Of a DNA stretch of 64,000 nt, positions 37,023-50,800 are shown in pieces; position 1 is the first letter of the stretch; each line of letters starts with the position of its first letter. Source of the DNA: the human T2T-CHM13v2.0 reference genome, Homo sapiens; the NCBI RefSeq assembly GCF_009914755.1, contig NC_060947.1. One strand, given 5' to 3'. The notes beneath the pieces were generated by a model that saw only the letters and a list, made by a program, of their open reading frames with translations, did not search any database and had not been told where the DNA came from. Both the position numbers and the translations under genes were made by a program.

Positions 37023-40000
37023 TATTCCCGTTTCCAACGAAATCCTCAGAGAGCTCCAAATATCCACCTGCAGATTCTACCAAAAGTGTATTTGGAAACT
37101 GCTCCATCAAAAGGCATGTTCAGCTCTGTGAGTGAAACTCCATCATCACAAAGAATATTCTGAGAATGCTTCCGTTTGCCTTTTATATGAAGTTCCTTCC
37201 TATACGACCGTAGGCCTCAAAGCAGTCCAAATCTCCATTTGCAGATTCTACAAAAAGAGTGATTCCAATCTGCTCTATCAATAGGATTGTTCAACTCCAT
37301 GAGTTGAATGCCATCCTCACAAAGTAGTTTCTGAGAATGCTTCTATCTAGTTTTTATGTGAAGATATTTCCTTTTCCACCACAGGCCTCAAAGCCCTCCA
37401 AACGTCCACTTGCAGATTCTCGAAAAAGAGAGTTTCATAGCTGCTCTTTCAAAAGGAAAGTTCAACTCTGGGAGTTGAATACAAACATCACAAAGTAGTT
37501 TCCGAGAATGCTTCTGTTTAGTTTTTATGTGAAGATGATCCCGTTTCCAGTGAAATCTTCAAAGAGGTCCACATATCCCCTTGCAGATTCCAAAGAAAGA
37601 GGGTTTCAAAACTGCTCCATCAGAAGGATTGTTCAACTCTGTGAGTTGAATGCAGTCATCGCAGAAAACTTTCTGAGAATGCTTCTGTCTAGGTTTGATG
37701 TGAAGATATAGACGTTTCAAACGAAGGCTACAAAGTGGTCAAAATATACACTTGCAGATTCTACTACAAGGGTGTTGCAAACCTGAACTATCAAAGGAAG
37801 GTTCAACTCTGTGAGTTGAATACAAACATCACAAAGAATGTTCTGAGTTTGCTTCCGTTCAGTTATGGGAAGTTGATCCCGTTTCCAACGAAATCCTCAG
37901 AGAGGTCCAAATATCCCCTTGCAGATTCTACAAAACGTGTGTTTGGAAACTGCTCCATCATAACGAATGTTCAGCTCCCTGAGTTAAACTCCATCGTCAC
38001 AAAGAATTTTCTGAGAGTGCTACCGTCTGGTTTTTATATGAAGCTCTTTCCTTCACTACCACAGACCTCAAAGCGGTCCAAATCTCCACTTGCAGATTCT
38101 ACAAAAAGAGTGTTTGCAAACTGCTCTATCAAAAGGAATGTTCAACTCTGGGAGTTGAATGCAATCATCACAGAGCAGTTTCTGAGAATGCTTCTATGTC
38201 GTTTTTAGGAGAAGATATTTCCTTTTCCAACACAGTCCTCCAAGCCCGCTAAATAGCCACTTGCACATTGTAGAAAAAGTGTGTCAAAGCTGCGCTATCA
38301 AAGGGAAAGTTCAACTCTGTGAGGTGAATGCAAACATCCCAAAGAAGTTTCTGAGAATGCTTCCGTTTAGCTTTTAGGTGAAGATTATCCCGTTTCCAAC
38401 GAAACCTTCAAAGAGGTCCAAATATCCCCTTGCGGATCCCACAGAAAGAGTGTTTCGAAACTGCTGTTTCAAAAGGAATCTTCAACTCTGAGTTGAATGC
38501 AATCATCACAAAGAAGTTTCTGACAATGCTTCTCTCTCGTCTTTCTGTGAAGATAAAGGAAAAGGCTTTCAGGCCTTTTCCACCACAGGCCTGAAAGCGC
38601 TCCAAATGTCCACTTGCAGATTCTGCGAAAAGAATATTTCAAAACTGCTCTATGAAAAGCAATGTTAAACTCTGTGGCTCGAACACAAACATCACAAAGC
38701 GGTTTCTGAGAATGCTTCAGTTTAGTTTTTCTGTGGAAATATTCCCGTTTCCAAAGAAATCTTCAAAGAGGTCCACGTATCCACTTACAGATTCTACAAA
38801 AAGACAGTTTCAAAACTGCTCCATCAAAAGGAGGGTTCAACTGTGTGACTTGAATGCAATCATCACTCAGAAGTTTCTGAGAATGCTTCTCTTTAGTTTT
38901 TACGTGAACATATACCCGTTTCGAACGAAGGCCAGCCAGTGGTCCAAATATCCACTTGCAGATTCTACAGAAAGAGTGTTTCGAACATTAACTCTCAAAG
39001 GCAGGTTCATCTCTGCGAGTTAAATGCATTCATCATGAAGAACTTTCTCAGAGTGTTTGTGTTTAGTTATGGGAAATTATTCCCGTTTCCAACGAAATCC
39101 TCGGAGAGCTCCAAATATCCACCTGCAGATTCTACCAAAAGTGTATTTGGAAACTGCTCCATCAAAAGGCATGTTCAGCTCTGTGAGTGAAACTCCATCA
39201 TCACAAAGAATATTCTGAGAATGCTTCCGTTTGCCTTTTATATGAAGTTCCTTCCTATACTACCGTAGGCCTCAAAGCAGTCCAAATCTCCATTTGCAGA
39301 TTCTACAAAAAGAGTGATTCCAATCTGCTCTATCAATAGGATTGTTCAACTCCATGAGTTGAATGCCATCCTCACAAAGTAGTTTCTGAGAATGCTTCTA
39401 TCTAGTTTTTATGTGAAGATATTTCCTTTTCCACCACAGGCCTCAAAGCCCTCCAAACGTCCACTTGCAGATTCTCGAAAAAGAGTGTTTCATAGCTGCT
39501 CTTTCAAAAGGAAAGTTCAACTCTGGGAGTTGAATACAAACATCACAAAGTAGTTTCCGAGAATGCTTCTGTTTAGTTTTTATGTGAAGATGATCCCGTT
39601 TCCAGTGAAATCTTCAAAGAGGTCCACATATCCCCTTGCAGATTCCAAAGAAAGAGGGTTTCAAAACTGCTCCATCAGAAGGATTGTTCAACTCTGTGAG
39701 TTGAATGCAGTCATCGCAGAAAACTTTCTGAGAATGCTTCTGTCTAGGTTTGATGTGAAGATATAGACGTTTCAAACGAAGGCTACAAAGTGGTCAAAAT
39801 ATACACTTGCAGATTCTACTACAAGGGTGTTGCAAACCTGAACTATCAAAGGAAGGTTCAACTCTGTGAGTTGAATACAAACATCACAAAGAATGTTCTG
39901 AGTTTGCTTCCGTTCAGTTATGGGAAGTTGATCCCGTTTCCAACGAAATCCTCAGAGAGGTCCAAATATCCCCTTGCAGATTCTACAAAACGTGTGTTTG

Positions 40001-41132
40001 GAAACTGCTCCATCATAACGAATGTTCAGCTCCCTGAGTTAAACTCCATCGTCACAAAGAATTTTCTGAGAGTGCTACCGTCTGGTTTTTATATGAAGCT
40101 CTTTCCTTCACTACCACAGACCTCAAAGCGGTCCAAATCTCCACTTGCAGATTCTACAAAAAGAGTGTTTGCAAACTGCTCTATCAAAAGGAATGTTCAA
40201 CTCTGGGAGTTGAATGCAATCATCACAGAGCAGTTTCTGAGAATGCTTCTATGTCGTTTTTAGGAGAAGATATTTCCTTTTCCAACACAGTCCTCCAAGC
40301 CCGCTAAATAGCCACTTGCACATTGTAGAAAAAGTGTGTCAAAGCTGCGCTATCAAAGGGAAAGTTCAACTCTGTGAGGTGAATGCAAACATCCCAAAGA
40401 AGTTTCTGAGAATGCTTCCATTTAGCTTTTAGGTGAAGATTATCCCGTTTCCAACGAAACCTTCAAAGAGGTCCAAATATCCCCTTGCGGATCCCACAGA
40501 AAGAGTGTTTCGAAACTGCTGTTTCAAAAGGAATCTTCAACTCTGAGTTGAATGCAATCATCACAGAGAAGTTTCTGACAATGCTTCTCTCTCGTCTTTC
40601 TGTGAAGATAAAGGAAAAGGCTTTCAGGCCTTTTCCACCACAGGCCTGAAAGCGCTCCAAATGTCCACTTGCAGATTCTGCGAAAAGAATATTTCAAAAC
40701 TGCTCTATGAAAAGCAATGTTAAACTCTGTGGCTCGAACACAAACATCACAAAGCGGTTTCTGAGAATGCTTCAGTTTAGTTTTTCTGTGGAAATATTCC
40801 CGTTTCCAAAGAAATCTTCAAAGAGGTCCACGTATCCACTTACAGATTCTACAAAAAGACAGTTTCAAAACTGCTCCATCAAAAGGAGGGTTCAACTGTG
40901 TGACTTGAATGCAATCATCACTCAGAAGTTTCTGAGAATGCTTCTCTTTAGTTTTTACGTGAACATATACCCGTTTCGAACGAAGGCCACCCAGGGGTCC
41001 AAATATCCACTTGCAGATTCTACAGAAAGAGTGTTTCGAACCTGAACTCTCAAAGGCAGGTTCATCTCTGCGAGTTAAATGCATTCATGATGAAGAACTT
41101 TCTCAGAGTGTTTGTGTTTAGTTATGGGAAAT
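37023..41132 (-). repeat. HOR19 and HOR20, two 2,055-bp variants with the same 2-bp deletion as HOR12
   Basis: ctctgagttg near 38490 and 40545; spacings 37508 to 39563 to 41618 are 2,055 each. Confidence 0.9.
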
Positions 41133-42769
41133 TATTCCCGTTTCCAACGAAATCCTCAGAGAGCTCCAAATATCCACCTGCAGATTCTACCAAAAGTGTA
41201 TTTGGAAACTGCTCCATCAAAAGGCATGTTCAGCTCTGTGAGTGAAACTCCATCATCACAAAGAATATTCTGAGAATGCTTCCGTTTGCCTTTTATATGA
41301 AGTTCCTTCCTATACGACCGTAGGCCTCAAAGCAGTCCAAATCTCCATTTGCAGATTCTACAAAAAGAGTGATTCCAATCTGCTCTATCAATAGGATTGT
41401 TCAACTCCATGAGTTGAATGCCATCCTCACAAAGTAGTTTCTGAGAATGCTTCTATTTAGTTTTTATGTGAAGATATTTCCTTTTCCACCACAGGCCTCA
41501 AAGCCGTCCAAACGTCCACTTGCAGATTCTCGAAAAAGAGTGTTTCATAGCTGCTCTTTCAAAAGGAAAGTTCAACTCTGGGAGTTGAATACAAACATCA
41601 CAAAGTAGTTTCCGAGAATGCTTCTGTTTAGTTCTTATGTGAAGATGATCCCGTTTCCAGTGAAATCTTCAAAGAGGTCCACATATCCCCTTGCAGATTC
41701 CAAAGAAAGAGGGTTTCAAAACTGCTCCATCAGAAGGATTGTTCAACTCTGTGAGTTGAATGCAGTCATCGCAGAAAACTTTCTGAGAATGCTTCTGTCT
41801 AGGTTTGATGTGAAGATATAGACGTTTCAAACGAAGGCTACAAAGTGGTCAAAATATATACTTGCAGATTCTACTACAAGGGTGTTGCAAACCTGAACTA
41901 TCAAAGGAAGGTTCAACTCTGTGAGTTGAATACAAACATCACAAAGAATGTTCTGAGTTTGCTTCCGTTCAGTTATGGGAAGTTGATCCCGTTTCCAACG
42001 AAATCCTCAGAGAGGTCCAAATATCCCCTTGCAGATTCTACAAAACGTGTGTTTGGTAACTGCTCCATCATAACGAATGTTCAGCTCCCTGAGTTAAACT
42101 CCATCGTCACAAAGAATTTTCTGAGAGTGCTACCGTCTGGTTTTTGTATGAAGCTCTTTCCTTCACTACCACAGACCTCAAAGCGGTCCAAATCTCCACT
42201 TGCAGATTCTACAAAAAGAGTGTTTGCAAACTGCTCTATCAAAAGGAATGTTCAACTCTGGGAGTTGAATGCAATCATCACAGAGCAGTTTCTGAGAATG
42301 CTTCTATGTCGTTTTTAGGAGAAGATATTTCCTTTTCCAACACAGTCCTCCAAGCCCGCTAAATAGCCACTTGCACATTGTAGAAAAAGTGTGTCAAAGC
42401 TGCGCTATCAAAGGGAAAGTTCAACTCTGTGAGGTGAATGCAAACATCCCAAAGAAGTTTCTGAGAATGCTTCCGTTTAGCTTTTAGGTGAAGATTATCC
42501 CGTTTCCAACGAAACCTTCAAAGAGGTCCAAATATCCCCTTGCGGGTCCCACAGAAAGAGTGTTTCGAAACTGCTGTTTCAAAAGGAATCTTCAACTCTG
42601 TGAGTTGAATGCAATCATCACAAAGAAGTTTCTGACAATGCTTCTCTCTCGTCTTTCTGTGAAGATAAAGGAAAAGGCTTTCAGGCCTTTTCCACCACAG
42701 GCCTGAAAGCGCTCCAAATGTCCACTTGCAGATTCTGCGAAAAGAATATTTCAAAACTGCTCTATGAAA

Positions 42770-45700
42770 CGCAATGTTAAACTCTGTGGCTCGAACACAA
42801 ACATCACAAAGCAGTTTCTGAGAATGATTCAGTTTAGTTTTTCTGTGGAAATATTCCCGTTTCCAAAGAAATCTTCAAAGAGGTCCACGTATCCACTTAC
42901 AGATTCTACAAAAAGACAGTTTCAAAACTGCTCCATCAAAAGGAGGGTTCAACTGTGTGACTTGAATGCAATCATCACTCAGAAGTTTCTGAGAATGCTT
43001 CTCTTTAGTTTTTACGTGAACATATACCCGTTTCGAACGAAGGCCAGCCAGTGGTCCAAATATCCACTTTCAGATTCTACAGAAAGAGTGTTTCGAACAT
43101 GAACTCTCAAAGGCAGGTTCATCTCTGCGAGTTAAATGCATTCATCATGAAGAACTTTCTCAGCGTGTTTGTGTTTAGTTATGGGAAATTATTCCCGTTT
43201 CCAACGAAATCCTCAGAGAGCTCCAAATATCCACCTGCAGATTCTACCAAAAGTGTATTTGGAAACTGCTCCATCAAAAGGCATGTTCCGCTCTGTGAGT
43301 GAAACTCCATCATCACAAAGAATATTCTGAGAATGCTTCCGTTTGCCTTTTATATGAAGTTCCTTCCTATACGACCGTAGGCCTCAAAGCAGTCCAAATC
43401 TCCATTTGCAGATTCTACAAAAAGAGTGATTCCAATCTGCTCTATCAATAGGATTGTTCAACTCCATGAGTTGAATGCCATCCTCACAAAGTCGTTTCTG
43501 AGAATGCTTCTATCTAGTTTTTATGTGAAGATATTTCCTTTTCCACCGCAGGCCTCTAATCCCTCCAAACGTCCACTTGCAGATTCTCGAAAAAGAGTGT
43601 TTCATAGCTGCTCTTTCAAAAGGAAAGTTCAACTCTGGGAGTTGAATACAAACATCACAAAGTAGTTTCCGAGAATGCTTCTGTTTAGTTTTTATGTGAA
43701 GATGATCCCGTTTCCAGTGAAATCTTCAAAGAGGTCCACATATCCCCTTGCAGATTCCAAAGAAAGAGGGTTTCAAAACTGCTCCATCAGAAGGATTGTT
43801 CAACTCTGTGAGTTGAATGCAGTCATCGCAGAAAACTTTCTGAGAATGCTTCTGTCTAGGTTTGATGTGAAGATATAGACGTTTCAAACGAAGGCTACAA
43901 AGTGGTCAAAATATACACTTGCAGATTCTACTACAAGGGTGTTGCAAACCTGAACTATCAAAGGAAGGTTCAACTCTGTGAGTTGAATACAAACATCACA
44001 AAGAATGTTCTGAGTTTGCTTCCGTTCAGTTATGGGAAGTTGATCCCGTTTCCAACGAAATCCTCAGAGAGGTCCAAATATCCCCTTGCAGATTCTACAA
44101 AACGTGTGTTTGGAAACTGCTCCATCATAACGAATGTTCAGCTCCCTGAGTTAAACTCCATCGTCACAAAGAATTTTCTGAGAGTGCTACCGTCTGGTTT
44201 TTATATGAAGTTCTTTCCTTCACTACCACAGGCCTCAAAGCGGTCCAAATCTCCACTTGCAGATTCTACAAAAAGAGAGTTTGCAAACTGCTCTATCAAA
44301 AGGAACGTTCAACTCTGGGAGTTGAATGCAATCATCACAGAGCAGTTTCTGAGAATGCTTCTATGTCGTTTTTAGGAGAAGATATTTCCTTTTCCAACAC
44401 AGTCCTCCAAGCCCGCTAAATAGCCACTTGCACATTGTAGAAAAAGTGTGTCAAAGCTGCGCTATCAAAGGGAAAGTTCAACTCTGTGAGGTGAATGCAA
44501 ACATCCCAAAGAAGTTTCTGAGAATGCTTCCGTTTAGCTTTTAGGTGAAGATTATCCCGTTTCCAACGAAACCTTCAAAGAGGTCCAAATATCCCCTTGC
44601 GGATCCCACAGAAAGAGTGTTTCGAAACTGCTGTTTCAGAAGGAATCTTCAACTCTGTGAGTTGAATGCAATCATCACAAAGAAGTTTCTGACAATGCTT
44701 CTCTCTCGTCTTTCTGTGAAGATAAAGGAAAAGGCTTTCAGGCCTTTTCCACCACAGGCCTGAAAGCGCTCCAAATGTCCACTTGCAGATTCTGCGAAAA
44801 GAATATTTCAAAACTGCTCTATGAAAAGCAATGTTAAACTCTGTGGCTCGAACACAAACATCACAAAGCAGTTTCTGAGAATGATTCAGTTTAGTTTTTC
44901 TGTGGAAATATTCCCGTTTCCAAAGAAATCTTCAAAGAGGTCCACGTATCCACTTACAGATTCTACAAAAAGACAGTTTCAAAACTGCTCCATCAAAAGG
45001 AGGGTTCAACTGTGTGACTTGAATGCAATCATCACTCAGAAGTTTCTGAGAATGCTTCTCTTTAGTTTTTACGTGAACATATACCCGTTTCGAACGAAGG
45101 CCACCCAGTGGTCCAAATATCCACTTGCAGATTCTACAGAAAGAGTGTTTCGAACATGAACTCTCAAAGGCAGGTTCATCTCTGCGAGTTAAATGCATTC
45201 ATCATGAAGAACTTTCTCAGAGTGTTTGTGTTTAGTTATGGGAAATTATTCCCGTTTCCAACGAAATCCTCAGAGAGCTCCAAATATCCACCTGCAGATT
45301 CTACCAAAAGTGTATTTGGAAACTGCTCCATCAAAAGGCATGTTCCGCTCTGTGAGTGAAACTCCATCATCACAAAGAATATTCTGAGAATGCTTCCGTT
45401 TGCCTTTTATATGAAGTTCCTTCCTATACGACCGTAGGCCTCAAAGCAGTCCAAATCTCCATTTGCAGATTCTACAAAAAGAGTGATTCCAATCTGCTCT
45501 ATCAATAGGATTGTTCAACTCCATGAGTTGAATGCCATCCTCACAAAGTCGTTTCTGAGAATGCTTCTATCTAGTTTTTATGTGAAGATATTTCCTTTTC
45601 CACCACAGGCCTCAAATCCCTCCAAACGTCCACTTGCAGATTCTCGAAAAAGAGTGTTTCATAGCTGCTCTTTCAAAAGGAAAGTTCAACTCTGGGAGTT

Positions 45701-48700
45701 GAATACAAACATCACAAAGTAGTTTCCGAGAATGCTTCTGTTTAGTTTTTATGTGAAGATGATCCCATTTCCAGTGAAATCTTCAAAGAGGTCCACATAT
45801 CCCCTTGCAGATTCCAAAGAAAGAGGGTTTCAAAACTGCTCCATCAGAAGGATTGTTCAACTCTGTGAGTTGAATGCAGTCATCGCAGAAAACTTTCTGA
45901 GAATGCTTCTGTCTAGGTTTGATGTGAAGATATAGACGTTTCAAACGAAGGCTACAAAGTGGTCAAAATATACACTTGCAGATTCTACTACAAGGGTGTT
46001 GCAAACCTGAACTATCAAAGGAAGGTTCAACTCTGTGAGTTGAATACAAACATCACAAAGAATGTTCTGAGTTTGCTTCCGTTCAGTTATGGGAAGTTGA
46101 TCCCGTTTCCAACGAAATCCTCAGAGAGGTCCAAATATCCCCTTGCAGATTCTACAAAACGTGTGTTTGGAAACTGCTCCATCATAACGAATGTTCAGCT
46201 CCCTGAGTTAAACTCCATCGTCACAAAGAATTTTCTGAGAGTGCTACCGTCTGGTTTTTATATGAAGTTCTTTCCTTCACTACCACAGGCCTCAAAGCGG
46301 TCCAAATCTCCACTTGCAGATTCTACAAAAAGAGAGTTTGCAAACTGCTCTATCAAAAGGAATGTTCAACTCTGGGAGTTGAATGCAATCATCACAGAGC
46401 AGTTTCTGAGAATGCTTCTATGTCGTTTTTAGGAGAAGATATTTCCTTTTCCAACACAGTCCTCCAAGCCCGCTAAATAGCCACTTGCACATTGTAGAAA
46501 AAGTGTGTCAAAGCTGCGCTATCAAAGGGAAAGTTCAACTCTGTGAGGTGAATGCAAACATCCCAAAGAAGTTTCTGAGAATGCTTCCGTTTAGCTTTTA
46601 GGTGAAGATTATCCCGTTTCCAACGAAACCTTCAAAGAGGTCCAAATATCCCCTTGCGGATCCCACAGAAAGAGTGTTTCGAAACTGCTGTTTCAAAAGG
46701 AATCTTCAACTCTGTGAGTTGAATGCAATCATCACAAAGAAGTTTCTGACAATGCTTCTCTCTCGTCTTTCTGTGAAGATAAAGGAAAAGGCTTTCAGGC
46801 CTTTTCCACCACAGGCCTGAAAGCGCTCCAAATGTCCACTTGCAGATTCTGCGAAAAGAATATTTCAAAACTGCTCTATGAAACGCAATGTTAAACTCTG
46901 TGGCTCGAACACAAACATCACAAAGCAGTTTCTGAGAATGATTCAGTTTAGTTTTTCGGTGGAAATATTCCCGTTTCCAAAGAAATCTTCAAAGAGGTCC
47001 ACGTATCCACTTACAGATTCTACAAAAAGACAGTTTCAAAACTGCTCCATCAAAAGGAGGGTTCAACTGTGTGACTTGAATGCAATCATCACTCAGAAGT
47101 TTCTGAGAATGCTTCTCTTTAGTTTTTACGTGAACATATACCCGTTTCGAACGAAGGCCAGCCAGTGGTCCAAATATCCACTTTCAGATTCTACAGAAAG
47201 AGTGTTTCGAACATGAACTCTCAAAGGCAGGTTCATCTCTGCGAGTTAAATGCATTCATCATGAAGAACTTTCTCAGCGTGTTTGTGTTTAGTTATGGGA
47301 AATTATTCCCATTTCCAACGAAATCCTCAGAGAGCTCCAAATATCCACCTGCAGATTCTACCAAAAGTGTATTTGGAAACTGCTCCATCAAAAGGCATGT
47401 TCCGCTCTGTGAGTGAAACTCCATCATCACAAAGAATATTCTGAGAATGCTTCCGTTTGCCTTTTATATGAAGTTCCTTCCTATACGACCGTAGGCCTCA
47501 AAGCAGTCCAAATCTCCATTTGCAGATTCTACAAAAAGAGTGATTCCAATCTGCTCTATCAATAGGATTGTTCAACTCCATGAGTTGAATGCCATCCTCA
47601 CAAAGTCGTTTCTGAGAATGCTTCTATCTAGTTTTTATGTGAAGATATTTCCTTTTCCACCGCAGGCCTCTAATCCCTCCAAACGTCCACTTGCAGATTC
47701 TCGAAAAAGAGTGTTTCATAGCTGCTCTTTCAAAAGGAAAGTTCAACTCTGGGAGTTGAATACAAACATCACAAAGTAGTTTCCGAGAATGCTTCTGTTT
47801 AGTTTTTATGTGAAGATGATCCCGTTTCCAGTGAAATCTTCAAAGAGGTCCACATATCCCCTTGCAGATTCCAAAGAAAGAGGGTTTCAAAACTGCTCCA
47901 TCAGAAGGATTGTTCAACTCTGTGAGTTGAATGCAGTCATCGCAGAAAACTTTCTGAGAATGCTTCTGTCTAGGTTTGATGTGAAGATATAGACGTTTCA
48001 AACGAAGGCTACAAAGTGGTCAAAATATACACTTGCAGATTCTACTACAAGGGTGTTGCAAACCTGAACTATCAAAGGAAGGTTCAACTCTGTGAGTTGA
48101 ATACAAACATCACAAAGAATGTTCTGAGTTTGCTTCCGTTCAGTTATGGGAAGTTGATCCCGTTTCCAACGAAATCCTCAGAGAGGTCCAAATATCCCCT
48201 TGCAGATTCTACAAAACGTGTGTTTGGAAACTGCTCCATCATAACGAATGTTCAGCTCCCTGAGTTAAACTCCATCGTCACAAAGAATTTTCTGAGAGTG
48301 CTACCGCCTGGTTTTTATATGAAGTTCTTTCCTTCACTACCACAGGCCTCAAAGCGGTCCAAATCTCCACTTGCAGATTCTACAAAAAGAGAGTTTGCAA
48401 ACTGCTCTATCAAAAGGAACGTTCAACTCTGGGAGTTGAATGCAATCATCACAGAGCAGTTTCTGAGAATGCTTCTATGTCGTTTTTAGGAGAAGATATT
48501 TCCTTTTCCAACACAGTCCTCCAAGCCCGCTAAATAGCCACTTGCACATTGTAGAAAAAGTGTGTCAAAGCTGCGCTATCAAAGGGAAAGTTCAACTCTG
48601 TGAGGTGAATGCAAACATCCCAAAGAAGTTTCTGAGAATGCTTCCGTTTAGCTTTTAGGTGAAGATTATCCCGTTTCCAACGAAACCTTCAAAGAGGTCC

Positions 48701-50800
48701 AAATATCCCCTTGCGGATCCCACAGAAAGAGTGTTTCGAAACTGCTGTTTCAGAAGGAATCTTCAACTCTGTGAGTTGAATGCAATCATCACAAAGAAGT
48801 TTCTGACAATGCTTCTCTCTCGTCTTTCTGTGAAGATAAAGGAAAAGGCTTTCAGGCCTTTTCCACCACAGGCCTGAAAGCGCTCCAAATGTCCACTTGC
48901 AGATTCTGCGAAAAGAATATTTCAAAACTGCTCTATGAAAAGCAATGTTAAACTCTGTGGCTCGAACACAAACATCACAAAGCAGTTTCTGAGAATGATT
49001 CAGTTTAGTTTTTCTGTGGAAATATTCCCGTTTCCAAAGAAATCTTCAAAGAGGTCCACGTATCCACTTACAGATTCTACAAAAAGACAGTTTCAAAACT
49101 GCTCCATCAAAAGGAGGGTTCAACTGTGTGACTTGAATGCAATCATCACTCAGAAGTTTCTGAGAATGCTTCTCTTTAGTTTTTACGTGAACATATACCC
49201 GTTTCGAACGAAGGCCACCCAGTGGTCCAAATATCCACTTGCAGATTCTACAGAAAGAGTGTTTCGAACATGAACTCTCAAAGGCAGGTTCATCTCTGCG
49301 AGTTAAATGCATTCATCATGAAGAACTTTCTCAGAGTGTTTGTGTTTAGTTATGGGAAATTATTCCCGTTTCCAACGAAATCCTCAGAGAGCTCCAAATA
49401 TCCACCTGCAGATTCTACCAAAAGTGTATTTGGAAACTGCTCCATCAAAAGGCATGTTCCGCTCTGTGAGTGAAACTCCATCATCACAAAGAATATTCTG
49501 AGAATGCTTCCGTTTGCCTTTTATATGAAGTTCCTTCCTATACGACCGTAGGCCTCAAAGCAGTCCAAATCTCCATTTGCAGATTCTACAAAAAGAGTGA
49601 TTCCAATCTGCTCTATCAATAGGATTGTTCAACTCCATGAGTTGAATGCCATCCTCACAAAGTCGTTTCTGAGAATGCTTCTATCTAGTTTTTATGTGAA
49701 GATATTTCCTTTTCCACCACAGGCCTCAAATCCCTCCAAACGTCCACTTGCAGATTCTCGAAAAAGAGTGTTTCATAGCTGCTCTTTCAAAAGGAAAGTT
49801 CAACTCTGGGAGTTGAATACAAACATCACAAAGTAGTTTCCGAGAATGCTTCTGTTTAGTTTTTATGTGAAGATGATCCCATTTCCAGTGAAATCTTCAA
49901 AGAGGTCCACATATCCCCTTGCAGATTCCAAAGAAAGAGGGTTTCAAAACTGCTCCATCAGAAGGATTGTTCAACTCTGTGAGTTGAATGCAGTCATCGC
50001 AGAAAACTTTCTGAGAATGCTTCTGTCTAGGTTTGATGTGAAGATATAGACGTTTCAAACGAAGGCTACAAAGTGGTCAAAATATACACTTGCAGATTCT
50101 ACTACAAGGGTGTTGCAAACCTGAACTATCAAAGGAAGGTTCAACTCTGTGAGTTGAATACAAACATCACAAAGAATGTTCTGAGTTTGCTTCCGTTCAG
50201 TTATGGGAAGTTGATCCCGTTTCCAACGAAATCCTCAGAGAGGTCCAAATATCCCCTTGCAGATTCTACAAAACGTGTGTTTGGAAACTGCTCCATCATA
50301 ACGAATGTTCAGCTCCCTGAGTTAAACTCCATCGTCACAAAGAATTTTCTGAGAGTGCTACCGTCTGGTTTTTATATGAAGTTCTTTCCTTCACTACCAC
50401 AGGCCTCAAAGCGGTCCAAATCTCCACTTGCAGATTCTACAAAAAGAGAGTTTGCAAACTGCTCTATCAAAAGGAATGTTCAACTCTGGGAGTTGAATGC
50501 AATCATCACAGAGCAGTTTCTGAGAATGCTTCTATGTCGTTTTTAGGAGAAGATATTTCCTTTTCCAACACAGTCCTCCAAGCCCGCTAAATAGCCACTT
50601 GCACATTGTAGAAAAAGTGTGTCAAAGCTGCGCTATCAAAGGGAAAGTTCAACTCTGTGAGGTGAATGCAAACATCCCAAAGAAGTTTCTGAGAATGCTT
50701 CCGTTTAGCTTTTAGGTGAAGATTATCCCGTTTCCAACGAAACCTTCAAAGAGGTCCAAATATCCCCTTGCGGATCCCACAGAAAGAGTGTTTCGAAACT
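42770..50800 (-). repeat. Tandem duplication of a 2-HOR (4,114-bp) unit; boundaries approximate
   Basis: Eight rare variants recur at exactly +4,114: 42770/46884, 43070/47184, 43164/47278, 43548/47662, 43557/47671, 44306/48420, 44639/48753 and 45767/49881. Confidence 0.85.
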
